From NCBI RefSeq assembly GCF_006345805.1, contig NW_021825555.1, forward strand, positions 1-15,170: a stretch of 15,170 nt of DNA, in the 5' to 3' direction. The DNA comes from Octopus sinensis (lineage: Eukaryota). Shown one piece after another: positions 1 to 8,727 of the stretch. How positions within the stretch are numbered: the first letter of the stretch is position 1; the number at the start of each line of letters is the position of its first letter. The notes below the pieces were generated by a model. The model made no database searches, had not been told where the DNA came from, and worked only from the letters and a program-made list of their open reading frames with translations. The translations under genes were made by a program, and so were the position numbers.

Positions 1-48
1 CGCTACGCATTTCGCCCGGCGTGCTAACGTTTCTGCCAGCTCGCCGCC
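1..48 (-). mobile_element. SINE family A, 5' head (truncated by window edge)
   Basis: Reverse complement GGCGGCGAGCTGGCAGAAACGTTAGCACGCCGGGCGAAATGCGTAGCG matches the heads at 305 and 14050. Confidence 0.85.
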
Positions 49-304
49 CTAAGCAAATACCTGCCGAACGGCAACCAGTCGCCTAGAGCAGGCATTGTAC
101 AATAATATTATCGTTCAACACAGCCACTGGCCCCTTTTAGGTTGAAGAAAAGTTTTGATAATATAGATTAGAAGGACAAGAACTTACTAAGATTGTGAGC
201 AGTATCGTTTAGTATTAGTCTTTTTATACTAAGTTTTCTTAAGATTTTTTCAAAATCATTAACTATATTTTTTAAACACCCTCTCCCAGGGCTCAACTCA
301 CAAA

Positions 305-532
305 GGCGGCGAGCTGGCAGAAACGTTAGCACGCCGGGCGAAATGCTTAGCGGTATTTCGTCTGCGTTACATTGTGAGTTCAAATTCCGCCGAGGTCGAC
401 TTTGCCTTTCATCCTTTCGGGTCGAATAAATTAAGTACCAGTTACGCACGGGGTCGATGTATCGACTTAATACCTATGTCTGTCCTTGTTTGTCCCCTCT
501 ATGTTTAGTCCCTTGTGGGTAATAAAGAAATA
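305..532 (+). mobile_element. tRNA-derived SINE family A, full-length copy
   Basis: A-box-like TGGCAGAAACG and B-box GAGTTCAAATTCC. Central GCCTTTCATCCTTTCGGGTCGA..AAGTACCAG domain and A-rich end AATAAAGAAATA. Near-identical copies at 10477-10691 and 14050-15005. Confidence 0.85.
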
Positions 533-1222
533 GGTATTGTTTCCATCTTCAAGTCCCACATCCTGCTTATTTCAATTTCTAGGCCTTTATACTAGGCAAG
601 TTTATCATATCCTTGGCAGGTATATTTTTGTCAGGTGGCAATTGTGATTTCTATAACTAAGCCGGTCTTGTTTTTGGTGCCTTTAACAATAATATCAAGG
701 TGGTTGGCTTTAATTTTGAGGTCAGTATCTCTCTATATATTAACGGCAAAATGTCTATCTGTGTGTGTGTCCTTTATACAAATCCACAATTTTTCAGTTA
801 GAGGGCTCGCACTTTCTATGGTCTTTCAAAACCGTCCAAGGGTGGTCGTGCACATCGTTACATTTCCCCAGTCACCCCACAAAGCCATTAAAAAATCAAT
901 ATAAGTGACATTTTTGTGAATTTTCTATCCAAAACCCAATCAAAATGCCCGAAACTTGATACGCCAATTGAATGCCAGCTAGCTGTATGTGATTGGTGGG
1001 AGATTTGGACTGTACTCGCGTGTATGCGCGCACGCACGCAGCTGTATATGCATGCACTAGCACTATGACCCGGCGTATCGGGTCATAGTGCTAGTGTACT
1101 ATAAAGTCCCAAAGGATGATAATGTTTCTTCCATCTATTGTTTTAGGTTGGTGTTAATGCCAGCTTCTTGCATATTCAGCAACGTGGCTTTTGCACAAAT
1201 TCCAGTGAATGTACTAATCGCC
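533..1222 (-). pseudogene. Decayed R4/Dong-type non-LTR retrotransposon, restriction-like endonuclease (RLE) fragment, copy 1, interrupted by a Helitron
   Basis: Manual minus-strand translation after removing 728-1094: YIHWNLCKSH..W..HQPKTIDGRNIIILWDFIVH|TDLKIKANHLDIIVKGTKNKTGLVIEITI..DKLA*YKGLEIEISRMWDLKMETIP. This fits the R4-clade pattern IHW.LCK..W..H.P..ILWDF...TD..I.A.RPDI..KY..L..EI.RMW. Contains stops and frameshifts. Confidence 0.8.
728..1094 (+). mobile_element. Non-autonomous Helitron (367 bp)
   Basis: Begins TC (728), ends CTAG (1094), and has a 3' hairpin (1056-1095). It sits between host A727 and T1095 with no TSD. Excision restores the in-frame RLE codons F-I-V-H-T-D on the minus strand. 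Confidence 0.9.
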
Positions 1223-1230
1223 TTTGTTTT

Positions 1231-1445
1231 AATTCTTTTCTACTCTAGGCACAAGGCTAAAAATTTGGGGGGTGGGGGCAGTCGATTAGGTCGACCCCAA
1301 TATGCAACTGGTACTTCGTTTATCTACCCCTAAAGGATGAAAGGTAACGTCAACCTCGGCGGAATTTGAACTCAGAACATAAAAACAGACGAACTACCGC
1401 TAAGTATTTCGCCCGTCGTGCTAACATTTCTACCAGCTCGCCGAC
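1231..1445 (-). mobile_element. SINE family A, diverged subfamily with alternative 3' tail
   Basis: Reverse complement has the family-A head (CGGCGAGCTGGTAGAAATGTTAGCACG), B-box GAGTTCAAATTCC and central domain. The tail is different (..GCCTTGTGCCTAGAGTAGAAAAG). Confidence 0.8.
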
Positions 1446-1451
1446 TTGAAA

Positions 1452-1512
1452 TAACCTTTTCTACTCTAGGCACAAGGCCTGAAATTTTTGGGGAGGTAGG
1501 GGCCAGTCAATT
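1452..1512 (-). mobile_element. Isolated 3' tail of the same SINE subfamily
   Basis: CTTTTCTACTCTAGGCACAAGGC repeats 1235-1257 in the same orientation. Confidence 0.7.
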
Positions 1513-1694
1513 GTTTTAATTAAACAAGTTGCACTTAAGTGTCAACCACAGACGCTAAGTGACAAGTTTTCGTATCTAAACATACAAACAGCTGAGGTGA
1601 CATGCAATTGAAAAAAAAACCCTGAAGCCTGACGGGGGTTATAAAACAAGAATTTTTATAAAACCGTAATGAAACTGAATGACTGAGGTTGTAT

Positions 1695-2560
1695 TTACAT
1701 GGAGAGGAATTTACGTAAAATATGAGAGGTACCCATAAACATGATCTGCAATTCACTTATTTTGAGGCTGTCAGGAATTTGGTCTCCATATAAATTCTCT
1801 CCTTTCGCTTTCAGGCCAAATGCCCCAATAACTTTAGGTAATGTTGCTATTTTGTGATGCCACATTCTTCTGATTCCTATCCCCGTGTCCTTATATTTGC
1901 TTAATTTCTCAAGCGTTTTCAGTGATGTGTTTCTGTCAGCTGGGGCTGCAAAATCCTTCAAAAGACAAAACTTGGATCTTTTCGGTTTGAACGGCAGTTT
2001 TTCTAGCTGTGTCATATGAAATTGTCACCCATAATTATGACCCTAGTATCGATCTGTTGCATTTCAATCTGTTTTAGGGTTAGTTAGGGTTAGGGGGAAG
2101 GGTATCTTTTTTTCTTCAGAAATGTAAATAAACCCAATCTGTTTCTTAAGCGAGGGACATATTCATACGGCACAGAATGTTTTCACCTCAATAGACGGTC
2201 ATTGATTGGTTGAAATTGCAGAAATTGAAGAAAAAAACAACAAATATCTTACAAACTATAGAAATTTCTCAAAAAAGCCAAGAGAAAAAGATGTTTTATA
2301 AACACATTCTACCAGAATACGAAGTTTAAAATTTTTTAGTTACCTAGAAATTATGTTAAAAACTGCCGTTCAAACCGAAAAGATCCCAAAACTTTTTCAA
2401 CACGAATTTTCACAATCAATATCTGGTCGGTTAGCCTGGATTTTCCAATTAATCAGGATGGTAACTTTAGCATTCTAGACAACTTGTGGTGGTTTACGTT
2501 CCCACCATTTCTCTATATGAGGTAAGTTGTACGTACGGAATACTGACCGGAATATGTACT
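1695..2560 (-). pseudogene. Decayed R4/Dong-type RLE fragment, copy 2, interrupted by a MITE; probable 3' UTR to about 1515
   Basis: Minus-strand translation YIFRSVFRTYNLPHIEKWWERKPPQVV*NAKVTIL..IQANRPDI.. then, across the MITE, KFCLLKDFAAPADRNTSLKTLEKLSKYKDTGIGIRRMWHHKIATLPKVIGAFG..GTSHILRKFLSM*. Shows RPD, D and EK..KY RLE motifs and the C-terminus. Confidence 0.85.
1974..2386. mobile_element. MITE / non-autonomous DNA transposon, 413 bp
   Basis: Perfect 29-bp TIRs GGATCTTTTCGGTTTGAACGGCAGTTTTT (1974-2002, 2358-2386). 8-bp TSD CAAAACTT (1966-1973, 2387-2394). No transposase. Confidence 0.93.
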
Positions 2561-2564
2561 GAAT

Positions 2565-2790
2565 GTGAAGGCGCACAGCTTAGAGGGTAGGGCATTCGAC
2601 TCGCGTTCGTAAGGTCGTGAGTTCAATTCCCGGCGACGCGTTGTGTCCTTGAACAAGACACTTTATTTCACGTCTCCCCAGTTCACTCAACCGGCAAAAT
2701 TGAGTAGTACCTGTATTTCTAAGGACCAGCCTTGTCACATTTTGTGTCACGCTGAATCTCCCTAAGAAATACCTTTCCGTTACTCGTTCA
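2565..2790 (+). mobile_element. tRNA-derived SINE (family C); 3' boundary approximate
   Basis: Degenerate A-box, B-box GAGTTCAATTCCC (2619-2631), then TGTGTCCTTGAACAAGACACTT resembling CORE/V-type central domains. Head is related to 7706-7938. Confidence 0.7.
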
Positions 2791-3045
2791 GAAGCAATCC
2801 CTTTTTACTGATGCTCAATCGGGATCTCCCAAAGAAATAACCAACGCACATCATAAATGTATGCGTGTGAGTGTATATACGCTGGAGCATGCGCAGTGTC
2901 GCCCTGTGTTTATTCATTTCTCAAACAATTCCTCTCTCTCATGTAATAACCAATTTCTTGTTTAAGCTTATTCCTGAAACATCTCTCGCCTACCTTCTGT
3001 CTCTCCTCACCGGTAACTTACCCTTTCTGTTCACCGATTCTCCCG

Positions 3046-3054
3046 CTCTCTCTT

Positions 3055-3103
<49 letters not shown>

Positions 3104-3660
3104 TCTATGTATACAAACATATAGTTGTGTGTATATGTAATACATACAAACACGTTTCTCTCTCCACACACATGCATATATATATATACATACATACACA
3201 TATATATATACACACACACATAAATATATACACATATATATATACATACATGTATATATATATTTATATATACACACACAAACTTTAATACTTTATATAT
3301 ATATATACACACACATACATGTGTATATATATACACACACAAACTTTTATACTTTATATATATATATATTATATATATATATATACACATGTGTATATAT
3401 ACACACACACAAACAACTTTTATACTTTATATATATATGTATATATATGTTTATACACACACACATTCGTACATATTCATATACTTATGTATATAAGTAT
3501 AAAAGTATTGAATATTTATAGTTGGTACACAAATGCACAAATTAGGTCTACATCGAACTGATAAAGAAATACATACACACACACACACATATATATGTAT
3601 ATACACACAATTAATCACAGACACATATATACACACACACATATAAACAGCTCTAATATA
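3046..3660. repeat. Compound (TC)n/(CA)n/(TA)n microsatellite region with an embedded higher-order repeat
   Basis: Direct reading. The spacer CACACAAACTTT(A/T)ATACTTTATAT recurs three times between 3273 and 3434. Confidence 0.9.
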
Positions 3661-3842
3661 TACTGAGACATGTTTGTACAAATCGATACGTCTATATCTA
3701 TGTTCTCCGTTGTTTTGATCTCCATGAAAAGACGAAAGACTCAGTTTTTCAGCCATTAGTATTTATACACACAGACACACGCGTATACGTGTATATATAT
3801 GCCTATTTTCAATTCTGCGCGTCCGTTTCTTCCTGAATCGAG

Positions 3843-4350
3843 TGTATATATATATATATATATACAAATATACATATATATATATATATATACACGTATA
3901 CATACATACATATATATATACATACATATACATGCATATATATATACATATACATACATATATATATACATATACATGCATATATATATACATATACATA
4001 CACACATATATATACATGCATGTATATATACATACACACACATATATATATACATACATATATATATACATACACACATATATATATACATACATGTATA
4101 TATACATACACACACAATATACATGCATATACATACACATATATATATACAAACATACATATATATACATATACACACACATATATATATACATATATAT
4201 ACATATATATACATATACACACACATATATATATACATATATATACATATATATACATATATACTACATATACATACATACTATATATATCTATATCTAT
4301 CTATGTATCTATATATATATTATCTATATCTATCTATCTATCTATCTATC

Positions 4351-4408
<58 letters not shown>
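3843..4408. repeat. Long compound (TA)n/(TACA)n/(TATC)n microsatellite
   Basis: Direct reading. Confidence 0.95.
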
Positions 4409-4410
<2 letters not shown>

Positions 4411-4411
<1 letters not shown>

Positions 4412-4592
4412 TTTATTTTAAGCAGCAGAAAATTCAACAACATCTGTTACTCTGAGTTTCTCGTTGCCGAGAAACTCAGAGTAACAGATTTTGTTGAATT
4501 TTCTGCTGCTTAAAATAAAGCATATTACTCTACCACTGGTATTTGAGTACTCTTTTTTCCACCTTGTTTCACATTTATGTGTTTACTCCGGT
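4411..4592. repeat. Foldback (53-bp arms) of a probable Penelope-like terminal repeat, flanked by (TA)n
   Basis: 4411-4463 and 4468-4520 are inverted repeats, 52/53 identical, with loop TTGC. Each arm carries GAAACTCAGAGT, also present in the hammerhead at 8827-8889. Confidence 0.8.
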
Positions 4593-4977
4593 ATATATAT
4601 ATATATATATATATATATACCACACAACACACGAGTGTTCATGGGTTTGTCTTTCTCAATAGGACTGTATAGTCTGTGCCATTCTCTATAGATATATATC
4701 TCATCTACTTCTCGTCAATGCTATCCTCTCTCTCTCTCTCTCCCCCCACCCGACTTCTCATGTTTAATATACATACACACGTATGCAGATGCATAGTCAT
4801 ACGGCTGGCCGCTAGCGTACAAGTCTGTCCATCACTTGCTTCTGCGTCTAGCATATCTATCAATTTATCTCGTCGTTTGTGTCTCTCAACCTACTTAGAA
4901 TTATCACGAGATTATCACGAACTTTAATGATACAGGACTATTTTCACAATGCTGAACACAGGAAGTAGCATGCCGTT

Positions 4978-4980
<3 letters not shown>

Positions 4981-5028
<48 letters not shown>

Positions 5029-5585
5029 CACACATATATATATACATATATACACATATATATATACATAAATATATATACGTATATATAAACATATATA
5101 TATACATAAATATATATACATATATATACACATATATATATTCACCATATATAATATCAATATACATATATATAGTACATATATATAGTACATAATATAC
5201 ATAATACATATATACATATATATATATATACATATGCATATATATAATATACATATATACATATATATTATATATATATATATAATACATATATACATAT
5301 AATACATATATATATACACATATACAATATACATATACATATATACATATACATATATACATATACATATATATATAAATACATATATATATACATATAA
5401 CTACATATATATATATACATATAATACATATATATTATACATATAAATACATATATATATATACATATAAATACATATATATATATATATACATATAAAT
5501 ACATATATATATAAATACATATATATATACATATAATACACATATATATATACATATAAATACATATATATATGTATATATAAAT
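4981..5585. repeat. Compound (TA)n/(CA)n microsatellite
   Basis: Direct reading. Confidence 0.95.
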
Positions 5586-5734
5586 ACAGATTTGAAAACC
5601 CCACTCGATTGGGAGAAAGCGCTAATCCGAATGATATGATCTGAATGATATGATATGATATATGTAAAAAATGTAATATATAAATAAATATCTACAAATA
5701 TGAACCATCTGATCTGATTACCTCATTTTTTCTA

Positions 5735-6004
5735 ATAAATACATATATATATGTATATAAATACACATATATATATATACATATACATACATATATATAT
5801 ATATATATATACATATAAATACACACATATATATATACATATAAATACACATATATATATATACATATACATATATATATATACATATAAATACACATAT
5901 ATATATATACATATAAATACACACATATATATATACATATAAATACATATATATATGCATATAAATACATATATATATGCATATATATATACATATATAT
6001 ATAT
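5735..6004. repeat. Compound (TA)n microsatellite with recurring ATAAATACA(CA)TATAT units
   Basis: Direct reading. Confidence 0.95.
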
Positions 6005-6328
6005 GGTGTATGAGAGGCATTGGAGTCAAGAAGACCCAAAGGTGTCAGGTAACGTTGAGTAATTGCTATGGACAGGCCATAGTGAAGTTCCAGGTTCGAT
6101 AATGATACAATGAGGAGTCCAACGTGGGTCGTGTATTAGCATGCATATATATAATAATTAACATCATTGGAACTCACACACAAGGTACAGGAAACTTATA
6201 TTTACACCATTCTGCTTAAATAATGGAACTGCAAATACAATATCGTTAGGTATCTCAATTCTATTTTCATTCCTTCACTTCCCTCTGTTTTTCGTATCTT
6301 CTCTATAATAATTATTACTGAAACATTT

Positions 6329-6375
6329 TCTCTGATGAAGGGATATATAAAATTATCACGGAAACAGCTGTAAGA
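6329..6375 (+). ncRNA. Minimal type I hammerhead ribozyme (stem II degenerate)
   Basis: TCT-CTGATGA-[AGGGATA..TATCACG]-GAAA-CAGCTG-TA-AGA. Canonical core, palindromic stem III, GUA cleavage triplet and 3-bp stem I. Lies about 200 bp upstream of a Penelope-like RT on the same strand. Confidence 0.7.
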
Positions 6376-6579
6376 CCTCTTTATAAATGTTCTGATAACT
6401 ATTCACAGCCTTGCATTTCTTAAAATCTCATTTTTTAAAATCTCAGCGTGAAAGAGGTGCCAGAATGCTCTACTTTACGACTCTCCTACGAATAGAGGGC
6501 GGAGAAAAAAATGTCTGGATGGATGGATGGAACAGTAGGTTTGTATCTAAAGGAGTATATCTGATAAGTAATACTCTAG

Positions 6580-7210
6580 TTCGAAAACATAAGCGGTAAG
6601 AATAATAATACCTCGTTTATTCAGTTTGACATAGAGAATTATCACACGTTTAACTTATCCATATTGTTCAATAGGGCAATTAGTATAGCAAGAAAGGTTT
6701 CGGATATAACAGAGGATATAATAAACACCATACTGTTAGCTTAGAAGAAACAAATTTCTTTCCAGAAGGGATTATTTTTATAGACAGTCCAGGGCTGATG
6801 AGTTCAATGTTACTCAAAAAAATTCCGAACATAGTAAGCGGAATCTATAGAGATGACGGTCTCTTAACAATTTCAGGATTTCCCCAATCCGATCTGGGGA
6901 AACTTAGAAAACATCTCTACGCTTTATTCGAGAACTCCAATCTCTATATCTTTCTAAGAAGTGCAGCAAAAGGATGTAACATTAGATATCGACTCAGGAC
7001 TATATTATTCATTCAATAAATCCAACGAAATATTACATTACATTCACAGACAGTCATGCCATCCCAGGTATGTTATTGACTTAATTAGGAATATTTGGAT
7101 TAGGGTTTTCAACCTCTCCGTTAATGAACGAATTTTCTACAATAAGTCGGAATGCTATAATGAAACTCGTAAGAGAGCGGGTTACACTGATAGAATTAAG
7201 TTCACACTAA
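6580..7210 (+). pseudogene. Penelope-like element (Neptune-type) reverse transcriptase fragment
   Basis: FIQFDIEN (6616-6639), GIYRDDGL (YRDD at 6846-6857) and DVTLDIDSGLY..YIHRQSCHP..IRVFNLSVNERIF..Y...KRAGY, all characteristic of PLE RT/thumb. Stops, frameshifts and an internal deletion. Confidence 0.85.
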
Positions 7211-7565
7211 GTTTAAACTGGCCCTGAAGGGTTGCGGAGCTACGGAAAACAATACGGGTGCATGTAGCAGAAGTTCACGTAGCGCCTGCTTATCCAGCCT
7301 GGTCAACCCTGGGACCTTTGACTGACCCCAACGAATCATGCAGGGCACGAACTCATTCCAGCAGTAACTCGTCTCCTACAGGAAATGCGTTTAACCCGGA
7401 CAAGAGGATATTGAGAGAACTGGGTGGCCTGGTCACAAATCTACGACCATAGAAAGGTGGAGTGTAGAATATACTACTGAGACCTAACTTTAGTTATTTG
7501 TCGCATTTTCCAGCACGCGCACGTGCGTGTGTGTGTGTGTTTAAGTACGTGTGAGTGTAGTAACA

Positions 7566-7693
7566 TCCCTTGCCTGAGCCTTGTGGAGCTTTAGGTGTTT
7601 TCGTTCAATAAACACTCACAACGCCCAGTCTAGGAATCGAAACCGCGATCCTACGACTGCGAGTCCGCTGCCCTAACCACTGGGCCATTGCGC
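7566..7693 (-). mobile_element. tRNA-derived SINE 5' portion (family D)
   Basis: Reverse complement GCGCAATGGCCCAGTGGTTAGGGCAGCGGACTCGCAGTCGTAGGATCGCGGTTTCGATTCC has an A-box and a B-box-like motif followed by non-tRNA body. Confidence 0.7.
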
Positions 7694-7705
7694 ATATATA
7701 TTAAT

Positions 7706-7938
7706 GTTTCCTTCTCGAGCCATGCCAGATCAGAAGGACTGGTCACCCTGTTTTCATGGCGTATGAATTCCCCATCTGGACGGGACGCCGGTCCTTCGCA
7801 GCGTTACTCAGTGGACTGGAGCAACATGAAGTGAAGTGTTTTGCTCAAGAAGACAATGCGTTGCCCAGTCAAGGAATTGAAACCACAATCTTACGGTTCT
7901 GGGTCTAACACCATAACCACTAAGCCACGCGCCTCCAC
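7706..7938 (-). mobile_element. tRNA-derived SINE with CORE/V-like central domain
   Basis: Reverse complement GTGGAGGCGCGTGGCTTAGTGGTT (A-box), GGTTTCAATTCC (B-box-like), CTTGAGCAAAACACTT, then GCGTCCCGTCCAG..GGCTCGAGAAGG tail. Confidence 0.7.
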
Positions 7939-8149
7939 TACACACACACATATATACTTACAAACATAGGTATGTGTGAGTGGATCTGTGTATCATTTCA
8001 GTAAGTTATTATCTATCGCTTTATCGCGTGGGTTTTTCTTCCATCATCAACCTCACCCCCAAATGCAACCTACCCCCGCCATCCACACCGCATCACCAAA
8101 CTTTTTCCTGTAACACTTCATTAAGTTTTCCTTTGATGACTATCCAAAC

Positions 8150-8188
<39 letters not shown>
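8150..8188. repeat. (TAA)n microsatellite
   Basis: Direct reading. Confidence 0.95.
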
Positions 8189-8189
<1 letters not shown>

Positions 8190-8727
8190 TACCGAACACA
8201 AAAGCAAAAAAACGAACGTATAAAAGGTTAAAAAAATAGAAGGAAAAAAATACACGAAGAAAAATTTCGTCTGCCTACTGGGAGTGAACCGGGACTGATG
8301 CCCTTCCAAAAATAAGCAAAACAGCACTTCCGTGGCCCCAGTTGCCCACGCCCCTTTATAACGAAAACCCTTTACGATCAAATTGATAAGAAAGTTTTTA
8401 TGATTTTGTAGCGTTTAATATAAGTAACGCAATGTAAACCGGCGTGTCCTCTTGCCAAAGTTTCATCTCTCTTTCACACGTGTGTGTGTGTAGGAGTGTA
8501 TATATATGTACGTACGCATATGTATATAAAGCATATATCTCTTGTAGTATATATCTTGAATCTCTTTAATAATCTCATAATAATGACTTTTATTCCTACC
8601 TCAGTTCATCTAATTGTATATATCTGTCGTTACCTTTCATAAAAAACCTTTACTTTTTTTTTATTTACAATGTGCATTTTCGTTGATTTTTCTTACTTTT
8701 TCCCATATATATATATATATATATATA

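Noticed and set aside
168-449. Recurring MRNWYLIY... ORFs (also 10286-10606, related 13953-14159)
   Set aside because: Antisense translations of SINE family A, not a gene family.
1695-2015. 106-aa ORF as an intact gene
   Set aside because: Chimeric. The start and first residues come from the MITE TIR, and the rest is a retrotransposon RLE tail.
2990-6039. Many long Y/I/C/V/H/T-rich ORFs
   Set aside because: Translations of TA/CA microsatellites, which lack stop codons by composition.
6414-6445. Short direct repeat CATTT(C/T)TTAAAATCTCA
   Set aside because: Simple local duplication with nothing between the copies, so not a TSD.
7620-7693. tRNA gene-like sequence (also 2565-2635, 7865-7938, 12660-12735)
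   Set aside because: No intact acceptor stem or cloverleaf, and each continues into a SINE body.
8150-8188. (TAA)n as the target of the Dong-like fragments
   Set aside because: The tract is over 5 kb from the RLE fragments and neither fragment is seen to end in (TAA)n.
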